Shown: positions 39,561 to 47,704 of the stretch, one piece after another
Position numbering within the stretch: the first letter of the stretch is position 1
How the letters are laid out: each line of letters begins with the position of its first letter
Program-made: the position numbers and the translations under genes
The notes under the pieces: model-generated
The model's input: only the letters and a program-made list of their open reading frames with translations
Databases searched by the model: none
Told to the model about the DNA's origin: nothing
IMG/VR virus record: IMGVR_UViG_3300022934_000023
Location: 1 to 56,796 of that record
DNA length: 56,796 nt
Direction: 5' to 3' (one strand)
DNA from: a virus
Lineage: Duplodnaviria; Caudoviricetes

Positions 39561-39742
39561 GCGAAATTTTGTCAGCGCCATGCTTCACAAATATTGTCAG
39601 TGCCATGCTTCACTGTTTGGGGATCGGTTGGGGGTTTCCTGCGCCATTGTTCGGGGGCGGGACTGTCGGGCCGGTCGGATCGGCGGCGAGACGACGGGGC
39701 CAGCCGATCACCGACGCCAGCCAACTTTTTTTGGCTCAACTC

Positions 39743-39771
39743 TTCACAGGCTGCAAATCCTGTGCCATGAT
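39743..39771 (+). promoter_or_regulatory. sigma70-type promoter
   Basis: TTCACA-17 bp-CATGAT with TG extension. Confidence 0.55.
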
Positions 39772-39822
39772 TCACCCACCGGTCACGAGATGACCGGCAA
39801 CCAGCAACGAAAGGACATTATC

Positions 39823-40866
39823 ATGCTGGACATAATCGAACCTACCGCACGTTTTATCAGCCGGGGCGGCGGCACCTATGACCACACGCACACTGATCTG
39901 GCCGACGTGTCGATCTATTCGGACCTTGCCAAGATTCGGCGGGTGCCGATCGATGCTTTGACTAGCTGGGCCGACCGGACGCCTGACGGTGACGTGATCC
40001 GGGAGATTGTCGAGCCAACCCGGCTGGACGGTTTCTCGGCACTTGTTAACAAAGCGACCGGCGACCTGTTGCAGACCCGGCCTGTTGCCGACACCTACAA
40101 GCTAGTCAGCCATGACGAATTGTTCAGCCTACAGGCTAAAATGGTGGCGGAATCCGGCTTGCCGATCTCGAACCTTGAGATCATTGATCGGCTCTACGAT
40201 GGCGGACTCCGGGCGCACCGGACCATCATGTTCCATGACCTCGATGCTGTTGTTGGCAATTCTGACGACCGGGTTGTTTGCCGCATGGATGTTTTCAACT
40301 CTGTCGACATGTCTTGGTCATTCCAGATTTTTTCTGGTGCCTACCGTGACCTGTGCCGGAATACTTTGGTGTTCGGCGGCGAGAAGGCCTATCACCAGAA
40401 GCGCAAGCACACTAAGAACCTTAGCCCTGCCGCGCTTATCGGCAAGGCAACGATGGGGCTGGACTTCTGGCAGAACAACCGGGACGAAATGGACCGGATG
40501 CGCCAGACGCCACTGACCCGCGATCAATTCGGGTTGATCCTTGCGAATACGATCTGCGCCAAGCCGGGAGCGCCTAAGATTGAGGGCGTGTCGATCCCGG
40601 TCAACGAGCGGTTGCTTGGCTATCTGTTGCACCGGTACGACGAAGAGGTGGCAGAACTGGGCCGGACTCAATGGGCGGCCTATAACGCACTGACCCACTG
40701 GTCAACGCACACTGACACCGAATGGACCACCGACGAGGGGAAGACGTACAAGACCGGCAAGAAGGACGCCCGGACGCACCTTGTGCAACGCAAGCGATCC
40801 GACGATGTCCGGACCGTGCTGGATTCCCTTGTCTGGCAAGCTATGGGAGAGCCAGCTTTTGCATGA
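39823..40866 (+). CDS. DUF932-like protein
   Basis: Y.LV.H, NS.D.S, R..C.N, KHT, W.AYNALT.W.TH; GAAAGGAC RBS. Confidence 0.7.
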   Translation: MLDIIEPTARFISRGGGTYDHTHTDLADVSIYSDLAKIRRVPIDALTSWADRTPDGDVIREIVEPTRLDGFSALVNKATGDLLQTRPVADTYKLVSHDELFSLQAKMVAESGLPISNLEIIDRLYDGGLRAHRTIMFHDLDAVVGNSDDRVVCRMDVFNSVDMSWSFQIFSGAYRDLCRNTLVFGGEKAYHQKRKHTKNLSPAALIGKATMGLDFWQNNRDEMDRMRQTPLTRDQFGLILANTICAKPGAPKIEGVSIPVNERLLGYLLHRYDEEVAELGRTQWAAYNALTHWSTHTDTEWTTDEGKTYKTGKKDARTHLVQRKRSDDVRTVLDSLVWQAMGEPAFA

Positions 40867-40936
40867 CTTGATTGCATCACTATTCCGGCTTTGCTGGATA
40901 ATCCTGCTGGTGATTATCATTGCCAGCGTCATCTAA
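40859..40936 (+). CDS. 25-aa hydrophobic peptide (not on ORF track)
   Basis: TTG after GGGAG; MHDLIASLFRLCWIILLVIIIASVI. Confidence 0.45.
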   Translation: MHDLIASLFRLCWIILLVIIIASVI

Positions 40937-40952
40937 ACGAAAGGACAAAACG

Positions 40953-41432
40953 ATGACAACGAACAACACAACGACCACAACATTCCCGCCTCACCTGATC
41001 GAAGGCTTTAAGAAGCTGGCCGACGATTTCGAGGCACACATCCGGGCCGACGAGCGGTCACGCATTGCCGCCAAGTTTCGGGCTGAATTCCCCGAGAGGC
41101 CAGTTGCCAAGCCGGGGTTGTTCCCGATCACCGGCTTGCATGGTGAGCCGCTTAACGAAGTCGGCCAGCAGTCGAAGACCTACGACCCGGCGGCACCGTT
41201 TGATTATGCCGGACAGCGTCTGAATGAGAGCCACAGGCGCATGATTGCTTGGCTTTCATCCGGTACGTTTTTTGCGGTTCCGACACTGGCGGGGCATCTC
41301 AACGTCAAGAAGCAGACCGTCTATCAGTATCTGGACGCGATCAAGAGGGCTGGTTACAAGTTGGAAATCCGTAGCACCGGGAACAACAAGGGCGGCTATC
41401 GCAACATTTACCGGCTTGCCAAGACCGGCTAG
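40953..41432 (+). CDS. Winged helix-turn-helix protein
   Basis: LAGHLNVKKQTVYQYL..I...GY plus wing ending YRL. Confidence 0.75.
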   Translation: MTTNNTTTTTFPPHLIEGFKKLADDFEAHIRADERSRIAAKFRAEFPERPVAKPGLFPITGLHGEPLNEVGQQSKTYDPAAPFDYAGQRLNESHRRMIAWLSSGTFFAVPTLAGHLNVKKQTVYQYLDAIKRAGYKLEIRSTGNNKGGYRNIYRLAKTG

Positions 41433-41495
41433 TTTTGCAACAACATGGGGGCGGGGCGCGGTTGCCCCGTCTCAACCACACGAAAGGACGAAACG

Positions 41496-41717
41496 ATGAA
41501 AACATCTATCAAAAGCGAACTGACCACCTCTGAAGCTAAAGAGGTTTTTGCGATCACCGAGCGGGAAATCCGCACGATCCGCATAATGATCACCGGCATT
41601 GAAAATCAGATATCGGCCCTCGATGAATTCATGGATGCGATCGGGTTGCAAAAATGGATGGGCAGCAGCCCGCGTTCCGTTGCCGCGTGTGACTTCAAGA
41701 TCACGAAAGACGATTGA
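41496..41717 (+). CDS. Hypothetical early protein
   Basis: GAAAGGAC RBS; terminator follows. Confidence 0.7.
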   Translation: MKTSIKSELTTSEAKEVFAITEREIRTIRIMITGIENQISALDEFMDAIGLQKWMGSSPRSVAACDFKITKDD

Positions 41718-41729
41718 AACAGGAACAAC

Positions 41730-41755
41730 GCCCCGGCCTTTGTGCCGGGGTTTTT
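41730..41755 (+). terminator. Rho-independent terminator
   Basis: GCCCCGGC-CTTTGT-GCCGGGGT then T run. Confidence 0.85.
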
Positions 41756-41778
41756 GCTTAGGGAAGGGAAAAGGAACG

Positions 41779-42513
41779 ATGGAAATCATCACCAGAAAAG
41801 AAGCGAAGGCGGTGGGGTTGCAAAGGTACTTCACCGGGAAGCCGTGCAAACACGGCCATGTTTCCGAGCGTTTGACGGCTGGTGGCACGTGTCAGGAATG
41901 TTTAGATCGCAGATATTGGGGCGATAGAGAGCGCCCACAAAAGCATTCTGTCCCGGCGCATCTGCGGCAGTATTTGATGACTAGGAAAGAGGCACGGGCG
42001 TCAGGGCTTACAACCTATTTTACGGGACAGCCATGTAAAGAGGGGCATATTGCAGCCCGTTGGACTAGCAGCGCGCATTGTGTAATTTGCGCGAGAGCAA
42101 GGTGGGATCTTGCGTTTTGCTGTAACAAAAAGGCCCCCGTTCGCAGGACTGAAGAATATCGGTCAGAACATCAGAGGAAATATCGCGCGGTTAATGCCGA
42201 AAAAATACGTGCGCGCGTCAGGGAATATCAGATCGAAAATAAAGAAAGGTACATGGAGTATCAGACGGCATATCAGGCGGCGAGGCGTGTGTTGCAACGA
42301 AAGGCTCAACCACCGTGGGTAGATGTTGCAGAATTGAGAGCGATCTATAGAGCTATGAGGCGCAAGAACAGAAAAGCCGGAAAGATCGCATATCACGTCG
42401 ATCACATTGTGCCGCTGCAGGGCCAGAATGTTTGCGGCTTGCACGTGCCGTGGAATTTGCAAGTTATCTCAGCGCGTGAAAATCAACAAAAGGGCAACCG
42501 CATCGAAGCGTAA
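41779..42513 (+). CDS. HNH (homing-type) endonuclease
   Basis: HVDHIVPL..CGLHVPWNLQVI...N..K.N; two TRKEA..G...YFTG.PC..GH...R..C..C modules. Confidence 0.88.
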   Translation: MEIITRKEAKAVGLQRYFTGKPCKHGHVSERLTAGGTCQECLDRRYWGDRERPQKHSVPAHLRQYLMTRKEARASGLTTYFTGQPCKEGHIAARWTSSAHCVICARARWDLAFCCNKKAPVRRTEEYRSEHQRKYRAVNAEKIRARVREYQIENKERYMEYQTAYQAARRVLQRKAQPPWVDVAELRAIYRAMRRKNRKAGKIAYHVDHIVPLQGQNVCGLHVPWNLQVISARENQQKGNRIEA

Positions 42514-42560
42514 CGAAATACCCTCCCGGCGGGGTGAATAGCCGGGTTCCTCCCTAACTT

Positions 42561-42589
42561 GCCCCCGGCCCTAGTGCTGGGGGTTTTTT
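42561..42589 (+). terminator. Rho-independent terminator ending early region
   Basis: GCCCCCGGC-CCTAGT-GCTGGGGGT then T run. Confidence 0.85.
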
Positions 42590-43051
42590 ATGGGCGGGTG
42601 CTGCATTAATAGCTTGCGGCTTGAACTGGCGGGATAAATCGGCGGGCTGGGGTTTCGGGATATGCTGCGCTTTATGACCTCGAAAGACAGCCCGGCAGGT
42701 AACCCATATCGGAAATAATGTCAGCCCAACGTAAAAACCGCGCACGATGGCGCGGCATATAAGGGCGGTGGGTTCCCGGCTTGTTGCAAAACATCATGGC
42801 GCTTGTAGTCGGCCCATCATCGATGGTCTGACCCCGGTGTGGGGGTCGCTAGGGCCACCGGGGGGGTACCAGTACTTGTATGCAATCTCGACCTTGATTT
42901 GTGGATTTGGGGTTATCTGTATGGATATGTTTGCATGTCCCACTATATAACCCCTACGGGTAGACCCGTCTTCCCCTGCGGGAAAGTTTTGCAACTCCCT
43001 AACGGACTCTATCGGGTACTGTGGGGGTATATCCCGGCGGGTCTTAGACCC

Positions 43052-43080
43052 ATTGTACATACGAGAGTTTATTCTGTCAA
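43052..43080 (-). promoter_or_regulatory. Near-consensus leftward promoter into non-coding region
   Basis: TTGACA-17 bp-TACAAT on minus strand. Confidence 0.75.
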
Positions 43081-43119
43081 GTAAATTCGTCAGAACACCC
43101 CTCTGAAATAATTTTTTTG

Positions 43120-43148
43120 TTGACAATCAGCCTTATCGACCCTAATAT
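43120..43148 (+). promoter_or_regulatory. Promoter of packaging/head operon
   Basis: TTGACA-17 bp-TAATAT with AT-rich upstream tract. Confidence 0.8.
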
Positions 43149-43153
43149 GGTAC

Positions 43154-43242
43154 CGTGGGCTGTTTCACGTACGGTATATTCCCACACATCTGTGAAATAT
43201 TCTCTTGAATCACGGCGAATATGGCTAAGTGAGACGCCCACG
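43154..43242 (+). ncRNA. Structured leader / candidate ncRNA
   Basis: 14-bp basal stem with one bulge starting at the predicted transcription start. Confidence 0.5.
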
Positions 43243-43266
43243 CCTCCAACCCCGTTGCAAAAAACA

Positions 43267-43674
43267 ATGAATTTGCTCCCACAACAAAAAAAAGAGCGGG
43301 TACTTACCCCTCAACAGACCCAGTTTCTTGAACTTTTGTTCGAAAACGGTGGTAATGCCACGGCTGCAGCCATAGATGCAGGATATTCACGTGGTTCTGT
43401 CCAGTGGTTGAAGTCCACGTTGGCAGAAGAGATCATTGAACGCACAAAAAACATACTTTCGGTCAATGCTCTGAAGGCAGCAAACCGTATTGTCTCCACA
43501 ATTGACAATCCCGCCCCCGAACGAGGCGACGAACTAAGGCTACGAGCCGCAGAATCGTTGCTTAACCGCGTAGGAGTTGCAAAACAGGAGACCCACAACC
43601 ACAACGTACAAGCAATACACGGTGTGGTGTTGCTTCCCCCCAAGAATGAAGTAGTAATTGATGCGGAGACGTAA
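43267..43674 (+). CDS. terS: Terminase small subunit
   Basis: LT.QQ..F...GN...AA..AGYS; AA...L.R.G; upstream of terL. Confidence 0.8.
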   Translation: MNLLPQQKKERVLTPQQTQFLELLFENGGNATAAAIDAGYSRGSVQWLKSTLAEEIIERTKNILSVNALKAANRIVSTIDNPAPERGDELRLRAAESLLNRVGVAKQETHNHNVQAIHGVVLLPPKNEVVIDAET

Positions 43675-43679
43675 CGAAT

Positions 43680-43868
43680 ATGTACAAGTATGACAATCAA
43701 AGCACCAGTCTTACCCGAGCAACTGGCCCATACCGACCAAACACGTTGCATCCAAAGCCTAGACATATTGGAAAATATGATCCTACTACTGATGCAGATA
43801 CTGATAGATTTCCTATGAGGGGGCCACGTGGACGACCAGCAGCAATCAGCGCCGAAAAAGCGCGGTAG
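43680..43868 (+). CDS. Small hypothetical protein
   Basis: Fills terS-terL gap; competing frame 43690-43818 exists. Confidence 0.4.
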   Translation: MYKYDNQSTSLTRATGPYRPNTLHPKPRHIGKYDPTTDADTDRFPMRGPRGRPAAISAEKAR

Positions 43869-45528
43869 ACCTAAAAAAGACCCCAATGCGCCAAAGGCCA
43901 CATATAACCTCTCTACGAGGGAACGTGCGCGACGTGCGGCGACGAAACGTGTTAATGCCGCGAAACGTCGTGCAGTCAAGTCAAGCAAAGCCGCAGAGGA
44001 CAAACGACGCTATGCCCGAAAGCTGGAACAAACTACAACAAAGGTTGAAAAGGCTCTGGTTGGCAACGAGTCTGCCACAATCGATCTTGGGGATTTGGAT
44101 GTACTGCCAGATGCAGTCAGTGACCTTGTTAGCGAAAGCGAGATTGTCTTTCAGCCGAATGATGGCCCTCAGACAGACTTTCTCAGTGCGGGTGAGCGAG
44201 ACGTACTTTACGGCGGTGCTGCCGGTGGTGGAAAGAGCTTTGCACTTCTTGCTGATCCGCTACGTTACTGCCACAATCCTAATCATCGTGGTCTTCTTCT
44301 CCGTCGTACACTGGATGAACTCACCGAACTAATCGACAAGTCACGTCAACTGTACCCCAAAGCCTTTCCGGGTGCAAAGTTCCGGGAGTCAAAAACCACG
44401 TGGGTGTTTCCATCCGGAGCAACAATATGGTTTACGTACCTTGACAGAGATAAGGACGTAACCCGCTTTCAGGGTCAGGCGTTCAACTGGATAGGTATCG
44501 ATGAGATAACGCAATACCCCACACCGTACGTTTGGGATTACCTTCGTTCTCGTCTTCGCTCAACAGACCCTGAACTCCAACAACACCTCTATATGCGTTG
44601 CACAGCGAACCCCGGAGGCATTGGGGGCTGGTGGGTCAAAAAAACGTACATTGACGGCCTAGAACCCAACAAAGCCTTTCCCGCATTTGACATCGAGACA
44701 CAAAAGCCCTTTGTGTGGCCAGCAGGTCACGAGAAGGCAGGTCAACCGCTGTTCCTTCGCAAGTTTGTACCGGCGCGGCTGACCGACAATCCCTACCTGA
44801 TGGCAGACGGTCAGTACGAGGCGATGCTCAGGTCGCTCCCAGAAGTCGAGCGAAAGCGGCTTCTCGAAGGGGATTGGGATGTGGCGGAGGGAGCAGCCTT
44901 CCCAGAATTTTCAAGGAGTCGGCACGTTGTCGAACATTTCGAGTTACCTACCAATTGGCCCCGTATACGAGCGGCAGACTACGGCTATGCGAGTCCGTCG
45001 TGCGTTCTGTGGGGGGCTATTGACTGGGATAACAATATCTGGGTTTATCGCGAACTATATGCTAAACACTTGACAGCGGAAGAGTTAGCTGATAAAATAA
45101 TGGAAGCAGAACAACTCGACCCAACACCGCACTACACCGTGTTGGATTCGTCGTGTTGGAACAAGACAGGATTCGGTCCGTCGATTGCCGAAACAATGAT
45201 GAGAGCCGGAGTCCGCTGGACACCTTCTGATCGTAATCGCATACAGGGCAAGATGGAAGTTCATCGCCGTCTTGCTAATGATCCCTACACAGAAGAACCT
45301 CGATTACGTATCTTCTCCAGTTGCCAAAACATAATTAAGCAACTGGCTGGCATTCCGCTTTCTAAGTCCAACAGTGAAGATGTAGATACTAAGGCAGAGG
45401 ATCACGCATACGACGCTCTGCGATACATGGTAATGACACGCATGAGCGGATACACATCAATACACAAACAACTTGGTGCAATTAAGAGTCAGGTGTACCA
45501 AGTCCAAGATGAGACGTTCGGATACTGA
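43828..45528 (+). CDS. terL: Terminase large subunit
   Basis: YGGAAGGGKS, IGIDE, TANPGG, DYG, DH.YDALRY. Confidence 0.95.
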   Translation: MDDQQQSAPKKRGRPKKDPNAPKATYNLSTRERARRAATKRVNAAKRRAVKSSKAAEDKRRYARKLEQTTTKVEKALVGNESATIDLGDLDVLPDAVSDLVSESEIVFQPNDGPQTDFLSAGERDVLYGGAAGGGKSFALLADPLRYCHNPNHRGLLLRRTLDELTELIDKSRQLYPKAFPGAKFRESKTTWVFPSGATIWFTYLDRDKDVTRFQGQAFNWIGIDEITQYPTPYVWDYLRSRLRSTDPELQQHLYMRCTANPGGIGGWWVKKTYIDGLEPNKAFPAFDIETQKPFVWPAGHEKAGQPLFLRKFVPARLTDNPYLMADGQYEAMLRSLPEVERKRLLEGDWDVAEGAAFPEFSRSRHVVEHFELPTNWPRIRAADYGYASPSCVLWGAIDWDNNIWVYRELYAKHLTAEELADKIMEAEQLDPTPHYTVLDSSCWNKTGFGPSIAETMMRAGVRWTPSDRNRIQGKMEVHRRLANDPYTEEPRLRIFSSCQNIIKQLAGIPLSKSNSEDVDTKAEDHAYDALRYMVMTRMSGYTSIHKQLGAIKSQVYQVQDETFGY

Positions 45529-47462
45529 TGGCAAAAAAGACCGTAAAAGATTTATCTATTGAGATAGTAAAAAAGGCAGAGGCGGGTACTCTGACTATCG
45601 GTGAAGCACTGGATTACGTATCTAATCCTAGTGTCCCTATGCCTGAGTCGTACAAGTCAATTAACAAAGAAGGCGTCCACGTTGCCCGTGCCCAGATGAA
45701 TACGGTACGCAACAACATGAAGACGCTTAAAAAGCTGGCTCCTGATGACTTTCCTCTCGGACTAGACACGCCTCTCAAAGATATGCGGAATGCAGAAATC
45801 GTGTTTCTGTTCCGTCGTGATGGTTCTCCTGATCTTTCGAACCGAGCCTATAACTATCAAATCTTCGAAAACATTCTGTTTCACAACCTCGACAAGTATG
45901 GTCTTTCAGCCATCACTGAGGATGTGGGCGACGGCATTAAAGAGTCCATGTATCCGCGCCTTGCGGGTGCAGGTAATCCAATGGGTACGCAGCGTACAGG
46001 TCTTGCTGGCGAACGTCCTATGGAGGGACTGCTTGAGAAGGAAAAGCTGGATGCAATATACGCGGATGCTCTTCCTGAAGTCGAAGCAAAGTACAACGCT
46101 AATACACGCCGACTCGTAGAATACCATCGCAACACCTTCCAGCGTCCAGAACAACTAGTAGGTTTGAAGGTTACAGATGTCATCGTCGATGGCGACAACA
46201 TAACCGTCAAGGGCAAGAAGACAACCAAGACAGATCACAAGGGTCGTCCAGAGTTGACCTTTAAGGCAAGTAGCCCTATGGGCCGCTTGCTGACAGAAGC
46301 AAAGAATTCCAGCACCTCTGATCTTCTCTTTGATACTGACATCGACACGTTCAATGATGCGTTTAATGATACGGTCGGAAAACGACTTGCCGAATACAAA
46401 GATGTGCTTCCACAGGCGGACGTTAAAGTCACTCTGCCCAATGGTAAAGTAGAAATTCAGCAACGCGCAGTTACAACTCCGTCTGCTATTCGTTCGATTG
46501 TCCCACACTACCTGCATAAGCAACTCAAAGTCAACAAAGACGTTGTTCAGGGCTTGATGGGACACATCAATGCCGATACGATTGACCGTAACTATATTGG
46601 CATCTCAGCAAATAAAGACCTCCCTCTGGTTCTGGAAAATCCTGAAAACTTTGCCCAGAGTGGATTCGGTGGCGGAACTAACGCCCAGCATTTTGATCGC
46701 AGTCTTCTCAGTGAAGAACAGCTTGAGTTAATTGCAGGCGAACTTACTGAAGCCGAGACACAAGAGGCAAAGGCACGTACTGCTGTTGCTGTTCGTGTAC
46801 AGGCAACAGAAGCTCTTCAAACACAAAAAGCGGTTATAGAACGTGCTGCACAGATGCCAGAAGAAATTGCTGCTGCAACCACTGTCGCAGAAGGCGAAGC
46901 GCAAATAGCGCAAGTGCAGTCTGAGGCTCGTTCTAGCGCACGAAAAGAGTCTGCTGCAAACAGAGGTAAAGCTCACCGCAACGCATTGCGCGAAATGCTA
47001 GACCCACGTAATCTCAAGTCTTCGGCGCTGGCTGGGCTGGCTACTGCAGGTACTCTGCTGTCAAAGGCACCCAATCCCGTGTTTGATTTAGTAGGCGGTC
47101 TTGTAGATAAAGAGAGCTACGACATCGCAGAACAAAAGGGTCGTACCTTTGTGTCCGAGTTGACAGGTCAGCCGGAAGATAGCTTTCTGTCACGAATAGG
47201 CGGGGGAGCAGGCGTAGTAGGTGAGATGCTTACCGGTGCTGTTGCTGACCCCGAGGGTGCAGCCCGTACAAGCGCCCAGATGATGTCGCTGCTGGGCAAG
47301 ACCCCGATTCTTAATTTGACGAGGGGCATTCCTGATGCGGCCCCGCCACAGACAGGTACACTTGAGGCAGAAGACGCTGCGTCTAATGTCCAAGACGTAG
47401 AAAACCGCGCACGTAGCGGTCAAACCACGTCCCTGCTGGACGTACAACCACAAACTTTATAG
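45528..47462 (+). CDS. Tyrosine recombinase domain protein with long extensions
   Basis: T.QRPEQL..L...D, K-rich hairpin, SAIRS, LMGH, RNY. Confidence 0.75.
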   Translation: MAKKTVKDLSIEIVKKAEAGTLTIGEALDYVSNPSVPMPESYKSINKEGVHVARAQMNTVRNNMKTLKKLAPDDFPLGLDTPLKDMRNAEIVFLFRRDGSPDLSNRAYNYQIFENILFHNLDKYGLSAITEDVGDGIKESMYPRLAGAGNPMGTQRTGLAGERPMEGLLEKEKLDAIYADALPEVEAKYNANTRRLVEYHRNTFQRPEQLVGLKVTDVIVDGDNITVKGKKTTKTDHKGRPELTFKASSPMGRLLTEAKNSSTSDLLFDTDIDTFNDAFNDTVGKRLAEYKDVLPQADVKVTLPNGKVEIQQRAVTTPSAIRSIVPHYLHKQLKVNKDVVQGLMGHINADTIDRNYIGISANKDLPLVLENPENFAQSGFGGGTNAQHFDRSLLSEEQLELIAGELTEAETQEAKARTAVAVRVQATEALQTQKAVIERAAQMPEEIAAATTVAEGEAQIAQVQSEARSSARKESAANRGKAHRNALREMLDPRNLKSSALAGLATAGTLLSKAPNPVFDLVGGLVDKESYDIAEQKGRTFVSELTGQPEDSFLSRIGGGAGVVGEMLTGAVADPEGAARTSAQMMSLLGKTPILNLTRGIPDAAPPQTGTLEAEDAASNVQDVENRARSGQTTSLLDVQPQTL

Positions 47463-47472
47463 GGAGGCATTA

Positions 47473-47691
47473 ATGCCGAACAACAACTACAACTACGGCG
47501 AAGCATACATTAACGCCGCTTGCACTACGTCTGTTGATGATCAGATGGGTGCCAATCAGCTTTACCGTGAAGGTCTCGAATTCGACACCAAGACCGCACA
47601 GGGCGTGCTGACTGAGGACATGCCTAAGAAGATGTCCAAGACTGCAGTTGATCCTTCGCTGATGAAGATGGCTGAACAACGCGACTACTAA
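47473..47691 (+). CDS. Small head-module protein
   Basis: AGGGAGG RBS. Confidence 0.75.
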   Translation: MPNNNYNYGEAYINAACTTSVDDQMGANQLYREGLEFDTKTAQGVLTEDMPKKMSKTAVDPSLMKMAEQRDY

Positions 47692-47704
47692 GAGGTAGGT
47701 CGAT

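Larger units (their letters stand above)
36007..39613 (+). repeat. Dispersed oriented motif array, consensus about AWWTTGTCAGC
   Basis: 20 TGTCAG on + strand counted by eye versus one CTGACA. Confidence 0.85.

Noticed and set aside
38317-39613. CRISPR or mini-CRISPR array
   Set aside because: Repeats too short, spacing irregular, no spacer-length uniques; the Cas4-like gene is in the replication module
39442-39822. N-terminal extension of the DUF932-like ORF (likewise 41599, 43117, 37437, 34)
   Set aside because: Extensions cross promoters, terminators or other genes; better starts lie downstream
42554-43126. ORFs called in the 42.5-43.1 kb interval
   Set aside because: No RBS or motifs; they overlap promoters, terminators and hairpins
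42514-43260. tRNA gene or tRNA-derived attP
   Set aside because: No T-loop/D-loop consensus or cloverleaf found by eye; tRNAscan-SE would settle it
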